52,229 nucleotides of DNA, taken from Bacteroidales bacterium (lineage in GTDB: Bacteria; Bacteroidota; Bacteroidia; Bacteroidales; JAGOPY01). The translations under genes and the position numbers were made by a program. The notes under the pieces are model-generated. The model had not been told where the DNA came from, searched no databases, and saw nothing but the letters and a program-made list of their open reading frames with translations. The DNA is taken from assembly GCA_030638325.1 (NCBI GenBank), contig DAOWEV010000113.1, positions 1 through 52,229 of the forward strand, written 5' to 3'. Of the stretch, positions 7,992 to 15,567 are shown in pieces. How positions within the stretch are numbered: the stretch's first letter is position 1; the number at the start of each line of letters is the position of its first letter.

Positions 7992-8984
7992 TTAACTAAC
8001 TATCTTTTGATGGATCATGTATTCCGCGATCTGTATGGCATTGGTGGCTGCTCCCTTACGAAGGTTATCTGCCACGATCCACAGATTCAACCCCGAAGCC
8101 ACTGAGAAATCCCTGCGGATCCGACCGGTAAACACATCATCCAACCCTCTTGAGTTCAGAGGCATGGGATACCGGTGCCCGGCCAGATCGTCTTCCACCA
8201 CGATACCCGGCTGATGTGACAACAGATCCCTGATCTCTTTCAGTTTAAAATCTTTTTCAAATTCAATATTCACAGCTTCCGAATGCCCCCCGTAAACCGG
8301 CACACGAACAGCTGTTGCAGTAAGCTTAATATGTTCATCATTCAGTATCTTCCTGGTTTCATTCACCAGCTTGATCTCTTCAGTGGTATATCCATCCTCA
8401 GCCAATCCACCGGCTTCCGGTATCAGGTTCAGGTCAATTACATGCGGAAATGTCCTGTTTCCACTTATACCTTTTCTTTCGTTTTCAAGTTGCCGTATGG
8501 CTTTTGCCCCACTCCCGGTAACCGACTGATAGGTTGAAACTACCACTCTTTTGATTCCATAAACCTTATGCAGCGGCGCCAGCACCATCACCAACTGAAT
8601 GGTTGAACAATTCGGGTTCGCAATGATCCTGTGATCATGATTCAGTATTCCAGCATTGACCTCCGGAACGATTAACGGAACATCAGGATCCATGCGCCAG
8701 GCCGATGAATTGTCAATCACAACCGTTCCCCGGCCGGCAAACTCCGGCGCCCATTTCAAAGAGGTGGCCGCCCCGGCTGAAAAAACAGCTATTTCCGGAC
8801 GGGCCTCCAAAGCCTCTTGTATCCCAATGACGGTATAATGGTGATCATTGAATTGCAAGTGTTTGCCGGCAGACCTGCCTGATGCAACCGGGAGAAATAC
8901 AGAAAAATCTATTTTTCTTTCTTCCAGCACTTTCAGCATTTCCCTACCCACCAAGCCGGTAGCCCCAATTATGGCAATCTTCAT
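7992..8984 (-). CDS. asd: Aspartate-semialdehyde dehydrogenase
   Basis: MKIAIIGATGLVGREM Rossmann N-terminus and NPNCSTIQ active-site Cys motif. The start is moved to ATG 8984 because a TAATTTTG box (9009-9016, minus) lies inside the longer ORF. Confidence 0.9.
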   Translation of the reverse strand: MKIAIIGATGLVGREMLKVLEERKIDFSVFLPVASGRSAGKHLQFNDHHYTVIGIQEALEARPEIAVFSAGAATSLKWAPEFAGRGTVVIDNSSAWRMDPDVPLIVPEVNAGILNHDHRIIANPNCSTIQLVMVLAPLHKVYGIKRVVVSTYQSVTGSGAKAIRQLENERKGISGNRTFPHVIDLNLIPEAGGLAEDGYTTEEIKLVNETRKILNDEHIKLTATAVRVPVYGGHSEAVNIEFEKDFKLKEIRDLLSHQPGIVVEDDLAGHRYPMPLNSRGLDDVFTGRIRRDFSVASGLNLWIVADNLRKGAATNAIQIAEYMIHQKIVS

Positions 8985-9008
8985 CTCACTGATCATTAAA
9001 CATTGATG

Positions 9009-9016
9009 CAAAATTA
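9009..9016 (-). promoter_or_regulatory. Candidate -7 box TAATTTTG (minus strand)
   Basis: 24 nt upstream of asd ATG 8984. Confidence 0.45.
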
Positions 9017-9030
9017 GACAATTTAAGCAG

Positions 9031-9050
9031 AGACGCAAAATATTGCGTCT
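9031..9050. repeat. 20-nt hairpin AGACGCAAAATATTGCGTCT, copy 2 (stem extendable to 10 bp, 9029-9052)
   Basis: Identical to 2453-2472. It lies just upstream of the candidate asd promoter. Confidence 0.8.
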
Positions 9051-9085
9051 CTATAGCTGTCAGTTATCAGGAATCAGTTGTTTTA

Positions 9086-9205
9086 GCGATGGGGCGATAG
9101 AGACTGAGGGACTTAGAGACTAAGAGACTGAGGGAGTGTCAGCAGATTGCTTCGCCCTTTCACTCACTCACGCCTCCCGTCTTCGGTCTTCCGACTTCGG
9201 ACTTT
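9086..9205. repeat. Octamer lattice (GCGATGGG GCGATAGA GACTGAGG GACTTAGA GACTAAGA GACTGAGG), then a CTCAC word block, then the 18-mer core
   Basis: Six units in unbroken 8-nt register at 9086-9133. Core CTTCGGTCTTCCGACTTC at 9181-9198. Confidence 0.8.
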
Positions 9206-9276
9206 AATTTCAACAACCCGGGTATAATTCATGTTTCCGCCGATTAACAGTATATGAACCATTTATTCCAGAATAG

Positions 9277-11889
9277 ATGAAGATGCTCTTAAAATTGCTA
9301 TTGATCATAAGCCTGAATATCTCAATCCAGGCTTTTGCCCAGGTTACCGATGATTTTTCAGACGGGAATTTTACCAGTCAACCTGCATGGTCAGGAGATC
9401 ACAGCCAATTCACTATTTCCAGTTCCTCCGCGATTCCTGCCTCAATGCGTCCTGCGCTCAAACTCAATTCCGAGGGCGTTGATACATCCTTCCTCGTTCT
9501 TGAAAGCAATTACCTTGAAACTGCCGAATGGAGTTTCTGGATTAAACTATCTTTCAATACATCAGCCAATAATTTCGCCCGGGTGTACCTGGCATCTGAT
9601 CAATTCAACCTTAAAGGCCCTCTGAATGGTTATTTTATTCAGATCGGAGGGGCGCCTGACAGTATTTCTTTTTACCGGCAAACAGGATTTCAGACCCAGC
9701 TCTTGCTAACCGGAAACCATGCGTATACTGGCAACAGCACAAATATTCTAAGAATAAAGGTCATACATGATGGCTACTGGGAGGTGTTTTCGGATCCCGG
9801 AGGTGGTCATAACTATATTTCAGAAGGTATCGCATATGACACCGCTTCATATACCTCAGCTTTTTTCGGTATCTTCTGCAAGTATACCTCAAGCAATGCT
9901 AAAAAGATATATTTTGATGAGTTTTATACCGGTCCCCGGATCATTGATTCTATCCCTCCGGAAATCAAGGTGGTCAGGGTTATAAACGACAGTATTCTGG
10001 AGCTCACCTTCAACGAAGCCATTCAGCATGAAAGTGCTGTAGATCCGGAAAAATACATTGTTAACAATGGCATCGGGCAGGCTTTGTCAGCAACTCATTT
10101 ACCAGGTGAGCCGGAAAAAGTCAGACTGGGCTTCTCCGGTCATTTTATCCTTGGTGACACTTATCTTCTGAGCGTGAGTAATATCATGGATATAACCGGA
10201 AATATGCTGGAATATCAGGGTTTTATCTTTTCACACTATGTAATCCAAAGATATGATGTGGTCATCAATGAGATCATGGCAGATCCTGTCCCTGCCGTAT
10301 ATCTTCCCGAATATGAGTACCTGGAGCTATACAATACCAGGCCTTTTATGGTAAACCTTAAAGATTGGGCGCTACAGCTTGGCGGTAGCGAGAAAATTTT
10401 TCCGGAGGTCGAAATCTCACCCCAGGCTTATCTTCTGATAGTGAAATCCGACCTGATACCATACTTTTCCTCATTTGGGGATGTAGTGGGTTTTTCCTCT
10501 TTTTCCCTTCCCAATACAGGGCAGGAAATTATACTAAGTGACAGTAACAATCGTCTGATATCGTATGTCAACTATCAGGAAAGCTGGTATGATGACCCGG
10601 ATAAGGCAGAAGGGGGTTGGTCGCTGGAACAGATAAACCCAATGGATCCATGCGTTGGAGAAGATAACTGGAAATTTTCGGTTCATGCCGAAGGGGGTAC
10701 CCCGGGTGCAAAGAATTCAGTTTTTGGCAGCAGCAACAGTAATACCATGATCACAGACATATGCATTCTCAGCAGTACAACTATTGAAATATTCCTGAAT
10801 CATTCAATGGACAGCCTTTCCATGGCCAATCCGGTCATATTTTCGGTCGATAAAAATGTGGGGCATCCCGTCGAAACTTCTCCAGCGCTGCCTGACTTCA
10901 ATTCCGTAACACTAAAGTTTAATGAGAATTTCCTGAGTGGAACTATTTATACTTTAACCATCGAAAATCAACTGCTTGACTGCCAGGGAAATCAAATCCC
11001 GGAACCTGTGCATTTTTCTTTCGGCATCGCCGAGGACCCTGACTTCAACGATATTGTGATCAACGAGCTATTGTTCAATCCGCTAAGTGACGGGGCGGAT
11101 TACGTTGAAATATACAACCGCTCTGAAAAGATCTTCAATCTTTCGGATCTCAATATTGCTTCAATAAAGGAAAATCCGCCGAATCTTCCCGATACAATTA
11201 TTAAGCCGGTCGCAACAGGATGCGGGCAATTGTTACCGGACCACTTTATGGTACTTACAGGCAATCCGGAAATGGTTATGAAACAATATTATACGCCAGA
11301 ACGGAATGCATTTATAAGCATCCGTTCTTTTCCTGCGTACAACAATGATGAAGGATGTGTTCTTCTGACAGACAAAGTCCATAAAATAATTGATGTTTTT
11401 CATTACAGTGAAGATATGCATTTTCCCCTGCTGAACTCTTTTGACGGGGTTTCTCTGGAGCGGGTTCACTACAACCGGCCGGCACAAGATCCCGGGAATT
11501 GGCATAGCGCCTCCGGGCCGGCAGGATTCGGAACACCGGGTTATCAAAATTCACAATTTGTCGAAGAAAGGATGATCGATGACCCTGTTGAGGTAGATCC
11601 TGCCGTGTTTTCCCCGGACGGAGATGGCAAAAATGATATTGTCAACATCAGGTACCAATTTAGCCAGCCTGGAAATATGGCTTCCGTATTAATTTATGAC
11701 AGCTACGGCATCAAGGTTAAAATCCTGATCAACAATGAATTGATCGGGACAAAGGGGGGGTGGTCCTGGAATGGCCGGAACAATGCAGGTGAAAAGCTCC
11801 TGGCCGGACTTTATATCATCTACCTTGAAATTTTTGATCTCAACGGAAACGTCTGGCATTATAAGAAGGTTTGCGTTTTAGCGAGATAG
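9277..11889 (+). CDS. Secreted lamin-tail-domain protein with an Ig-like C-terminal domain
   Basis: Signal peptide, two LTD-like segments (VVINEIMADP...LELYN; IVINELLFNP...YVEIYN), and C-terminal FSPDGDGKND...YIIYLEI resembling FlgD-Ig / T9SS-type sorting domains. Confidence 0.7.
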   Translation: MKMLLKLLLIISLNISIQAFAQVTDDFSDGNFTSQPAWSGDHSQFTISSSSAIPASMRPALKLNSEGVDTSFLVLESNYLETAEWSFWIKLSFNTSANNFARVYLASDQFNLKGPLNGYFIQIGGAPDSISFYRQTGFQTQLLLTGNHAYTGNSTNILRIKVIHDGYWEVFSDPGGGHNYISEGIAYDTASYTSAFFGIFCKYTSSNAKKIYFDEFYTGPRIIDSIPPEIKVVRVINDSILELTFNEAIQHESAVDPEKYIVNNGIGQALSATHLPGEPEKVRLGFSGHFILGDTYLLSVSNIMDITGNMLEYQGFIFSHYVIQRYDVVINEIMADPVPAVYLPEYEYLELYNTRPFMVNLKDWALQLGGSEKIFPEVEISPQAYLLIVKSDLIPYFSSFGDVVGFSSFSLPNTGQEIILSDSNNRLISYVNYQESWYDDPDKAEGGWSLEQINPMDPCVGEDNWKFSVHAEGGTPGAKNSVFGSSNSNTMITDICILSSTTIEIFLNHSMDSLSMANPVIFSVDKNVGHPVETSPALPDFNSVTLKFNENFLSGTIYTLTIENQLLDCQGNQIPEPVHFSFGIAEDPDFNDIVINELLFNPLSDGADYVEIYNRSEKIFNLSDLNIASIKENPPNLPDTIIKPVATGCGQLLPDHFMVLTGNPEMVMKQYYTPERNAFISIRSFPAYNNDEGCVLLTDKVHKIIDVFHYSEDMHFPLLNSFDGVSLERVHYNRPAQDPGNWHSASGPAGFGTPGYQNSQFVEERMIDDPVEVDPAVFSPDGDGKNDIVNIRYQFSQPGNMASVLIYDSYGIKVKILINNELIGTKGGWSWNGRNNAGEKLLAGLYIIYLEIFDLNGNVWHYKKVCVLAR

Positions 11890-12030
11890 TGTTTGTCCAT
11901 AATGTCCGATTTCTTCGTTACGCTTGCCTTTAAACCCAGTCATTTACAAAAGTAAACTCCTGGGTTTAAAGACTTCGCAAGCCTCGAACTCGAACATTCT
12001 GAACCAAACACTGACTTTATGGACAGACAC
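11889..12030. terminator. Long composite hairpin between convergent genes
   Basis: Inner 12-bp stem CTTTAAACCCAG (11928-11939) with CTGGGTTTAAAG (11960-11971). Outer arms GTGTTTGTCCATAA and TTATGGACAGACAC abut both stop codons. Confidence 0.5.
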
Positions 12031-12722
12031 TAGATGGCGTATGCTATTGCGCATACGCTAAGCTTTACTCCGGGAACCTTTAGCAGTACTTCCGCGCAAG
12101 CCTCTATGGTTGCTCCGGTAGTGATCACATCATCGACCAGTAAAAGATGCTTTCCCGCGAGATCTTCCTGCTTCCTGACGGTAAAGATATTTTCTACATT
12201 TTCCCAGCGCTGGTATCTCGATTTTTTAGTCTGCGTCTCAGAAGCTTCTTTCCTGAAAAGGCTTTTCGTGTTGAGCCCGGCCCGCATGCCTTCACATAAA
12301 CCTGTAGCAAACATTTCGCTCTGGTTATACCCTCTTTTTTTCAGTTTTCTTTTATGCAGCGGGACAGGAATAATCATTTCAACATCATTAAAATACACGG
12401 ATTGCTGCAGTTCCACACCGTAAATCTTTCCTATAAAAACCCCGATCTCTTTAATGCCTGAGTACTTAAGCTTATGTAATAAAGCCTGCACGTGTCCACC
12501 TTTATTAAAATATACATAAGATGCTGCCATTTCAATATTTACCCTTCCCCAGAAAGTTCTGAAGACAGGATTATAAGCATCATTGTGAAAAAATGTCCTG
12601 GGAAGATGAAACTGGCAGTATGTACAGATGCCCTTTTCTCCCCGCATCAGGTTGTTCCCACAAGCATAACAAAGCCTTGGATAGATAAGGGTAATGAAAT
12701 CGCTGAATAATGAGAGGTTCAT
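12030..12722 (-). CDS. comF: ComF-family phosphoribosyltransferase-domain protein
   Basis: N-terminal CxxC...CxxC zinc-finger pattern and PRTase motif LLLVDDVITTGATI. Confidence 0.8.
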   Translation of the reverse strand: MNLSLFSDFITLIYPRLCYACGNNLMRGEKGICTYCQFHLPRTFFHNDAYNPVFRTFWGRVNIEMAASYVYFNKGGHVQALLHKLKYSGIKEIGVFIGKIYGVELQQSVYFNDVEMIIPVPLHKRKLKKRGYNQSEMFATGLCEGMRAGLNTKSLFRKEASETQTKKSRYQRWENVENIFTVRKQEDLAGKHLLLVDDVITTGATIEACAEVLLKVPGVKLSVCAIAYAI

Positions 12723-12794
12723 GGTGGAAGAATTTGATTTATGTTGTTGGTGCTATTTTTTATCTGTTGATTTGTGTGAGGTGTGAGGGCTACA

Positions 12795-12838
12795 GGGACT
12801 AAGGGACTAAGAGACTAAGAGACTAAGGGACTGAGAGA
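12795..12838. repeat. Octamer array GGGACTAA x2, GAGACTAA x2, GGGACTGA (left arm flanking the four-helix-bundle gene)
   Basis: Five in-phase 8-mers, each the reverse complement of words in 13251-13354. Confidence 0.85.
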
Positions 12839-12848
12839 TTATTTGATG

Positions 12849-13220
12849 TTAATACTTCCACTTTTCTGGATGTAATGACATTTTAACCAACTTTCCCAAA
12901 ATTCTTTCATACTTCTCATTTAAGGCTTGATACTTATCATTGCCAATATAATGGCATTCCAAAGAAAAATATAACCAAGCCTGGGTTTCTGCTGCCTCAG
13001 ATTCAGAGTCGCTAAGTTTCGAAACAAAGTGTTTTGGATATTTACGTTTTCTAAAAGATTCCGCAATATTAGCACAAACAGACCTTGATGATCTTCGAAT
13101 TTGATCCGTGAGGGAATACATTTCATCTTTAGGAAAATCCTTTGTCATTTCAAATATCTCCATAGCCGCTTCAAAAGCCAGTTTATACACATCTAAATCT
13201 CTATGTGAACGTATCTTCAT
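12849..13220 (-). CDS. Four-helix-bundle protein (23S rRNA intervening-sequence protein / Avd family, PF05635-TIGR02436-like)
   Basis: 123 aa. DLDVYKLAFEAAMEIFEMTKDFPKDEMYSLTDQIRRSSRSVCANIAE...SESEAAETQAWL matches the characteristic family pattern. Confidence 0.85.
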   Translation of the reverse strand: MKIRSHRDLDVYKLAFEAAMEIFEMTKDFPKDEMYSLTDQIRRSSRSVCANIAESFRKRKYPKHFVSKLSDSESEAAETQAWLYFSLECHYIGNDKYQALNEKYERILGKLVKMSLHPEKWKY

Positions 13221-13250
13221 AATTCAAATTTTAATCCCCCATTTCCTCAA

Positions 13251-13354
13251 GTCCCTCAGTCCCTTAGTCCCTCAGTCCCTTAGTCTCTCAGTCCCTTAGT
13301 CCCTCAGTCCCTCAGTCCCTTAGTCCCTCAGTCCCTCAGTCCCTTAGTCCCTCG
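13251..13354. repeat. Octamer array, 13 units of GTCCCTCA / GTCCCTTA / GTCTCTCA (right arm)
   Basis: 13 consecutive 8-mers with no phase break, counted base by base. Confidence 0.9.
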
Positions 13355-13480
13355 TTGCCATAATATTAATCGGTTTCTCCTCAATATATACCCGGAATGT
13401 TGATAAAATCTAACACCGCCACATCAAAATAATAATTAGCCCAAAATCACAGGGAAGAAAAGACATTGCAAAACAATTCA

Positions 13481-13488
13481 TACCTTTG
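13481..13488 (+). promoter_or_regulatory. Candidate -7 box TACCTTTG
   Basis: Only 4 nt upstream of ATG 13493, which implies a leaderless or near-leaderless mRNA. Confidence 0.35.
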
Positions 13489-13492
13489 AAAC

Positions 13493-15205
13493 ATGGCATT
13501 GCTTGAAATAAAAGATCTGACTGTTGATTTTCGCTCAGGGGATAAGTTTGTGAGGGCTGTGGACCATATCAGCTTTTCTGTTGAAAAAGGCCGGACCCTG
13601 GGGATTGTAGGCGAATCAGGTTCGGGGAAGTCGGTCGCGGCACTTGCCATCATGGGCCTGATACCCTTACCCCCGGGAATTATTAAAGGGGGCCGGATTT
13701 TTTATGCCCGCGGCAGACAGGAACCCATCGATCTTTTAACGCTTGGCCAAAAAGAGATAAGGGCAGTAAGGGGCAAAGATATTTCCATGATCTTCCAGGA
13801 GCCCATGGTTTCGCTGAACCCGGTTATGCGCTGTGGCAAGCAGGTAACGGAGGTCATCAGGGAACATATGCATTTGTCGGACAGGGAAGCAAAAAGACGA
13901 ACGCTGGAACTGTTTGCTGAAGTCATGTTGCCAGACCCCAATGAAATGTTTCGTTCGTATCCACATCAGCTCTCCGGAGGTCAACGGCAGCGTGTTATGA
14001 TCGCCATGGCCATGGCTTGCAACCCGGTGGTTCTGATAGCCGATGAACCCACTACAGCCCTGGATGTTACCGTGCAGAAATCCATTCTGAAGTTAATGAA
14101 AAACCTGCAAAAAAAATATGGCACCGCCATTGTTTTTATATCCCACGACCTGGGGGTGATCGCTGAACTGGCTGATGAGGTGCTGGTCATGAACCTCGGA
14201 AAAATTGTAGAAAAAGGACTTGTGAAAAAAGTTTTTACATCTCCTGAACACCCATATACCAAAGGACTTATGGCCTGCAGGCCACCCCTCGATAAAAGAC
14301 TCATTCGATTGCCCACCATTTCAGATTTTTTCAATAATAAAGAAGCTGCAGGCAGTTTTATCTCAAACCTTGAAATCGATGTAACGGAACGGGCCGAACA
14401 ACATAAAAAGATCTATTCTTCAAAACCCGTTCTTGAACTGAAGCATGTAAAAACTGAGTTTCACGGACAAGGCCGGTTTCTAAAAAAAACCATCGTGAAG
14501 GCTGTTGATGATGTCAGCTTTGAGGTTTATCCTGGTGAAACCATAGGCCTGGTTGGTGAATCGGGATGCGGCAAAACAACTCTTGGGAGAACCGTTCTGC
14601 GGTTGATTGACTCTTCGGGGGGAAAGGTTTTTTATAAGGGCAAAAACCTGTTTCTTTTATCCCACCGTAAGATGAAACAAGAACGTCAAGTTATGCAGAT
14701 CATCTTTCAGGACCCCTACTCCTCTTTAAACCCCAGGATGTTAGTTGGTTCGGCTATCCTGGAACCCATGACGGTTTTCAGGATCGGAAAAAACCACAAA
14801 GAACGCCGTGATAAAACCCTGAAATTGCTTGAAAAGGTTGGCCTGGAACAAGATTATTTTTACCGTTATCCACATGAACTTTCAGGCGGACAGCGGCAGC
14901 GAATTTGTATCGCGAGGGCCCTTGCCGTAAACCCTGAATTTATCATCTGCGATGAATCCGTTGCCGCCCTTGATGTATCGGTGCAGGCACAGGTGCTTAA
15001 TCTTTTGAATGAACTTAAAAAAGAATTTGGCTTTACCTATATATTTATTTCTCATGATCTCTCTGTCGTTAAGTTTATGTCGGACCGGATCATCGTTATG
15101 AGAGACGGGAAAATAGAAGAGTCAGGAGATGCCGATACGATTTATTATCATCCTGAAAAAGAATATACCAGGAAACTGATTGAGGCAATACCGAAAGGAA
15201 TATAG
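13493..15205 (+). CDS. Fused double ABC ATPase (Dpp/Opp-YejF-like)
   Basis: Two Walker A motifs (GESGSGKS, GESGCGKT), two LSGGQRQR signatures and two Walker B motifs. No permease gene is adjacent. Confidence 0.85.
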   Translation: MALLEIKDLTVDFRSGDKFVRAVDHISFSVEKGRTLGIVGESGSGKSVAALAIMGLIPLPPGIIKGGRIFYARGRQEPIDLLTLGQKEIRAVRGKDISMIFQEPMVSLNPVMRCGKQVTEVIREHMHLSDREAKRRTLELFAEVMLPDPNEMFRSYPHQLSGGQRQRVMIAMAMACNPVVLIADEPTTALDVTVQKSILKLMKNLQKKYGTAIVFISHDLGVIAELADEVLVMNLGKIVEKGLVKKVFTSPEHPYTKGLMACRPPLDKRLIRLPTISDFFNNKEAAGSFISNLEIDVTERAEQHKKIYSSKPVLELKHVKTEFHGQGRFLKKTIVKAVDDVSFEVYPGETIGLVGESGCGKTTLGRTVLRLIDSSGGKVFYKGKNLFLLSHRKMKQERQVMQIIFQDPYSSLNPRMLVGSAILEPMTVFRIGKNHKERRDKTLKLLEKVGLEQDYFYRYPHELSGGQRQRICIARALAVNPEFIICDESVAALDVSVQAQVLNLLNELKKEFGFTYIFISHDLSVVKFMSDRIIVMRDGKIEESGDADTIYYHPEKEYTRKLIEAIPKGI

Positions 15206-15222
15206 AATTTCTTATAAAACAC

Positions 15223-15565
15223 TTAAGATTTACAATTTACAGTTTAAAATTTACAATTTACTAAAGTTTCGCACTTAACACAATAACAACTTTACATGTT
15301 ATATATCATTTATGTATTACACTTTATATTGCTGATTTCAGGCTTTGAGTAACTCTGTGTCTTCTTTGTGTACCTTTGTGAAATAGCTATTACACAGAGA
15401 ACCACAGAGAAGACTCAAAGAGCCACAAAGAAATGGGTGTTCAATTATGGGTTTGATATCAAATTGATATTCTGTTTGTTAAGAAATGTAAAAATTTATA
15501 TTCAATTGATTAAATGGTTTTTAAAATAAGTGCGAAATTTTAGTAATTTATAATTTAAAATTGAA
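15223..15565. repeat. Nested inverted-repeat element filling the ABC-rnr intergenic region
   Basis: Outer arms ATTTACTAAAGTTTCGCACTTA (about 15255-15276) and TAAGTGCGAAATTTTAGTAATT (about 15526-15547) are complementary with one mismatch. Inner arms are built of CTCTGTG/CTTTGTG versus ~10-nt CACAGAGAAC-type words. Confidence 0.7.
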
Positions 15566-15567
15566 GA

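Noticed and set aside
12849-13220. The Avd-like four-helix-bundle gene might be part of a diversity-generating retroelement.
   Set aside because: There is no reverse transcriptase ORF anywhere in the window, and I see no template/variable repeat pair with adenine-specific differences nearby.
13251-13354. The tandem repeat arrays here, and at 37322-37401 and 40250-40361, could be mistaken for CRISPR arrays.
   Set aside because: The units are 8 nt and directly abutting, with no spacers. There are no cas genes, and the repeat length is far below the CRISPR range.
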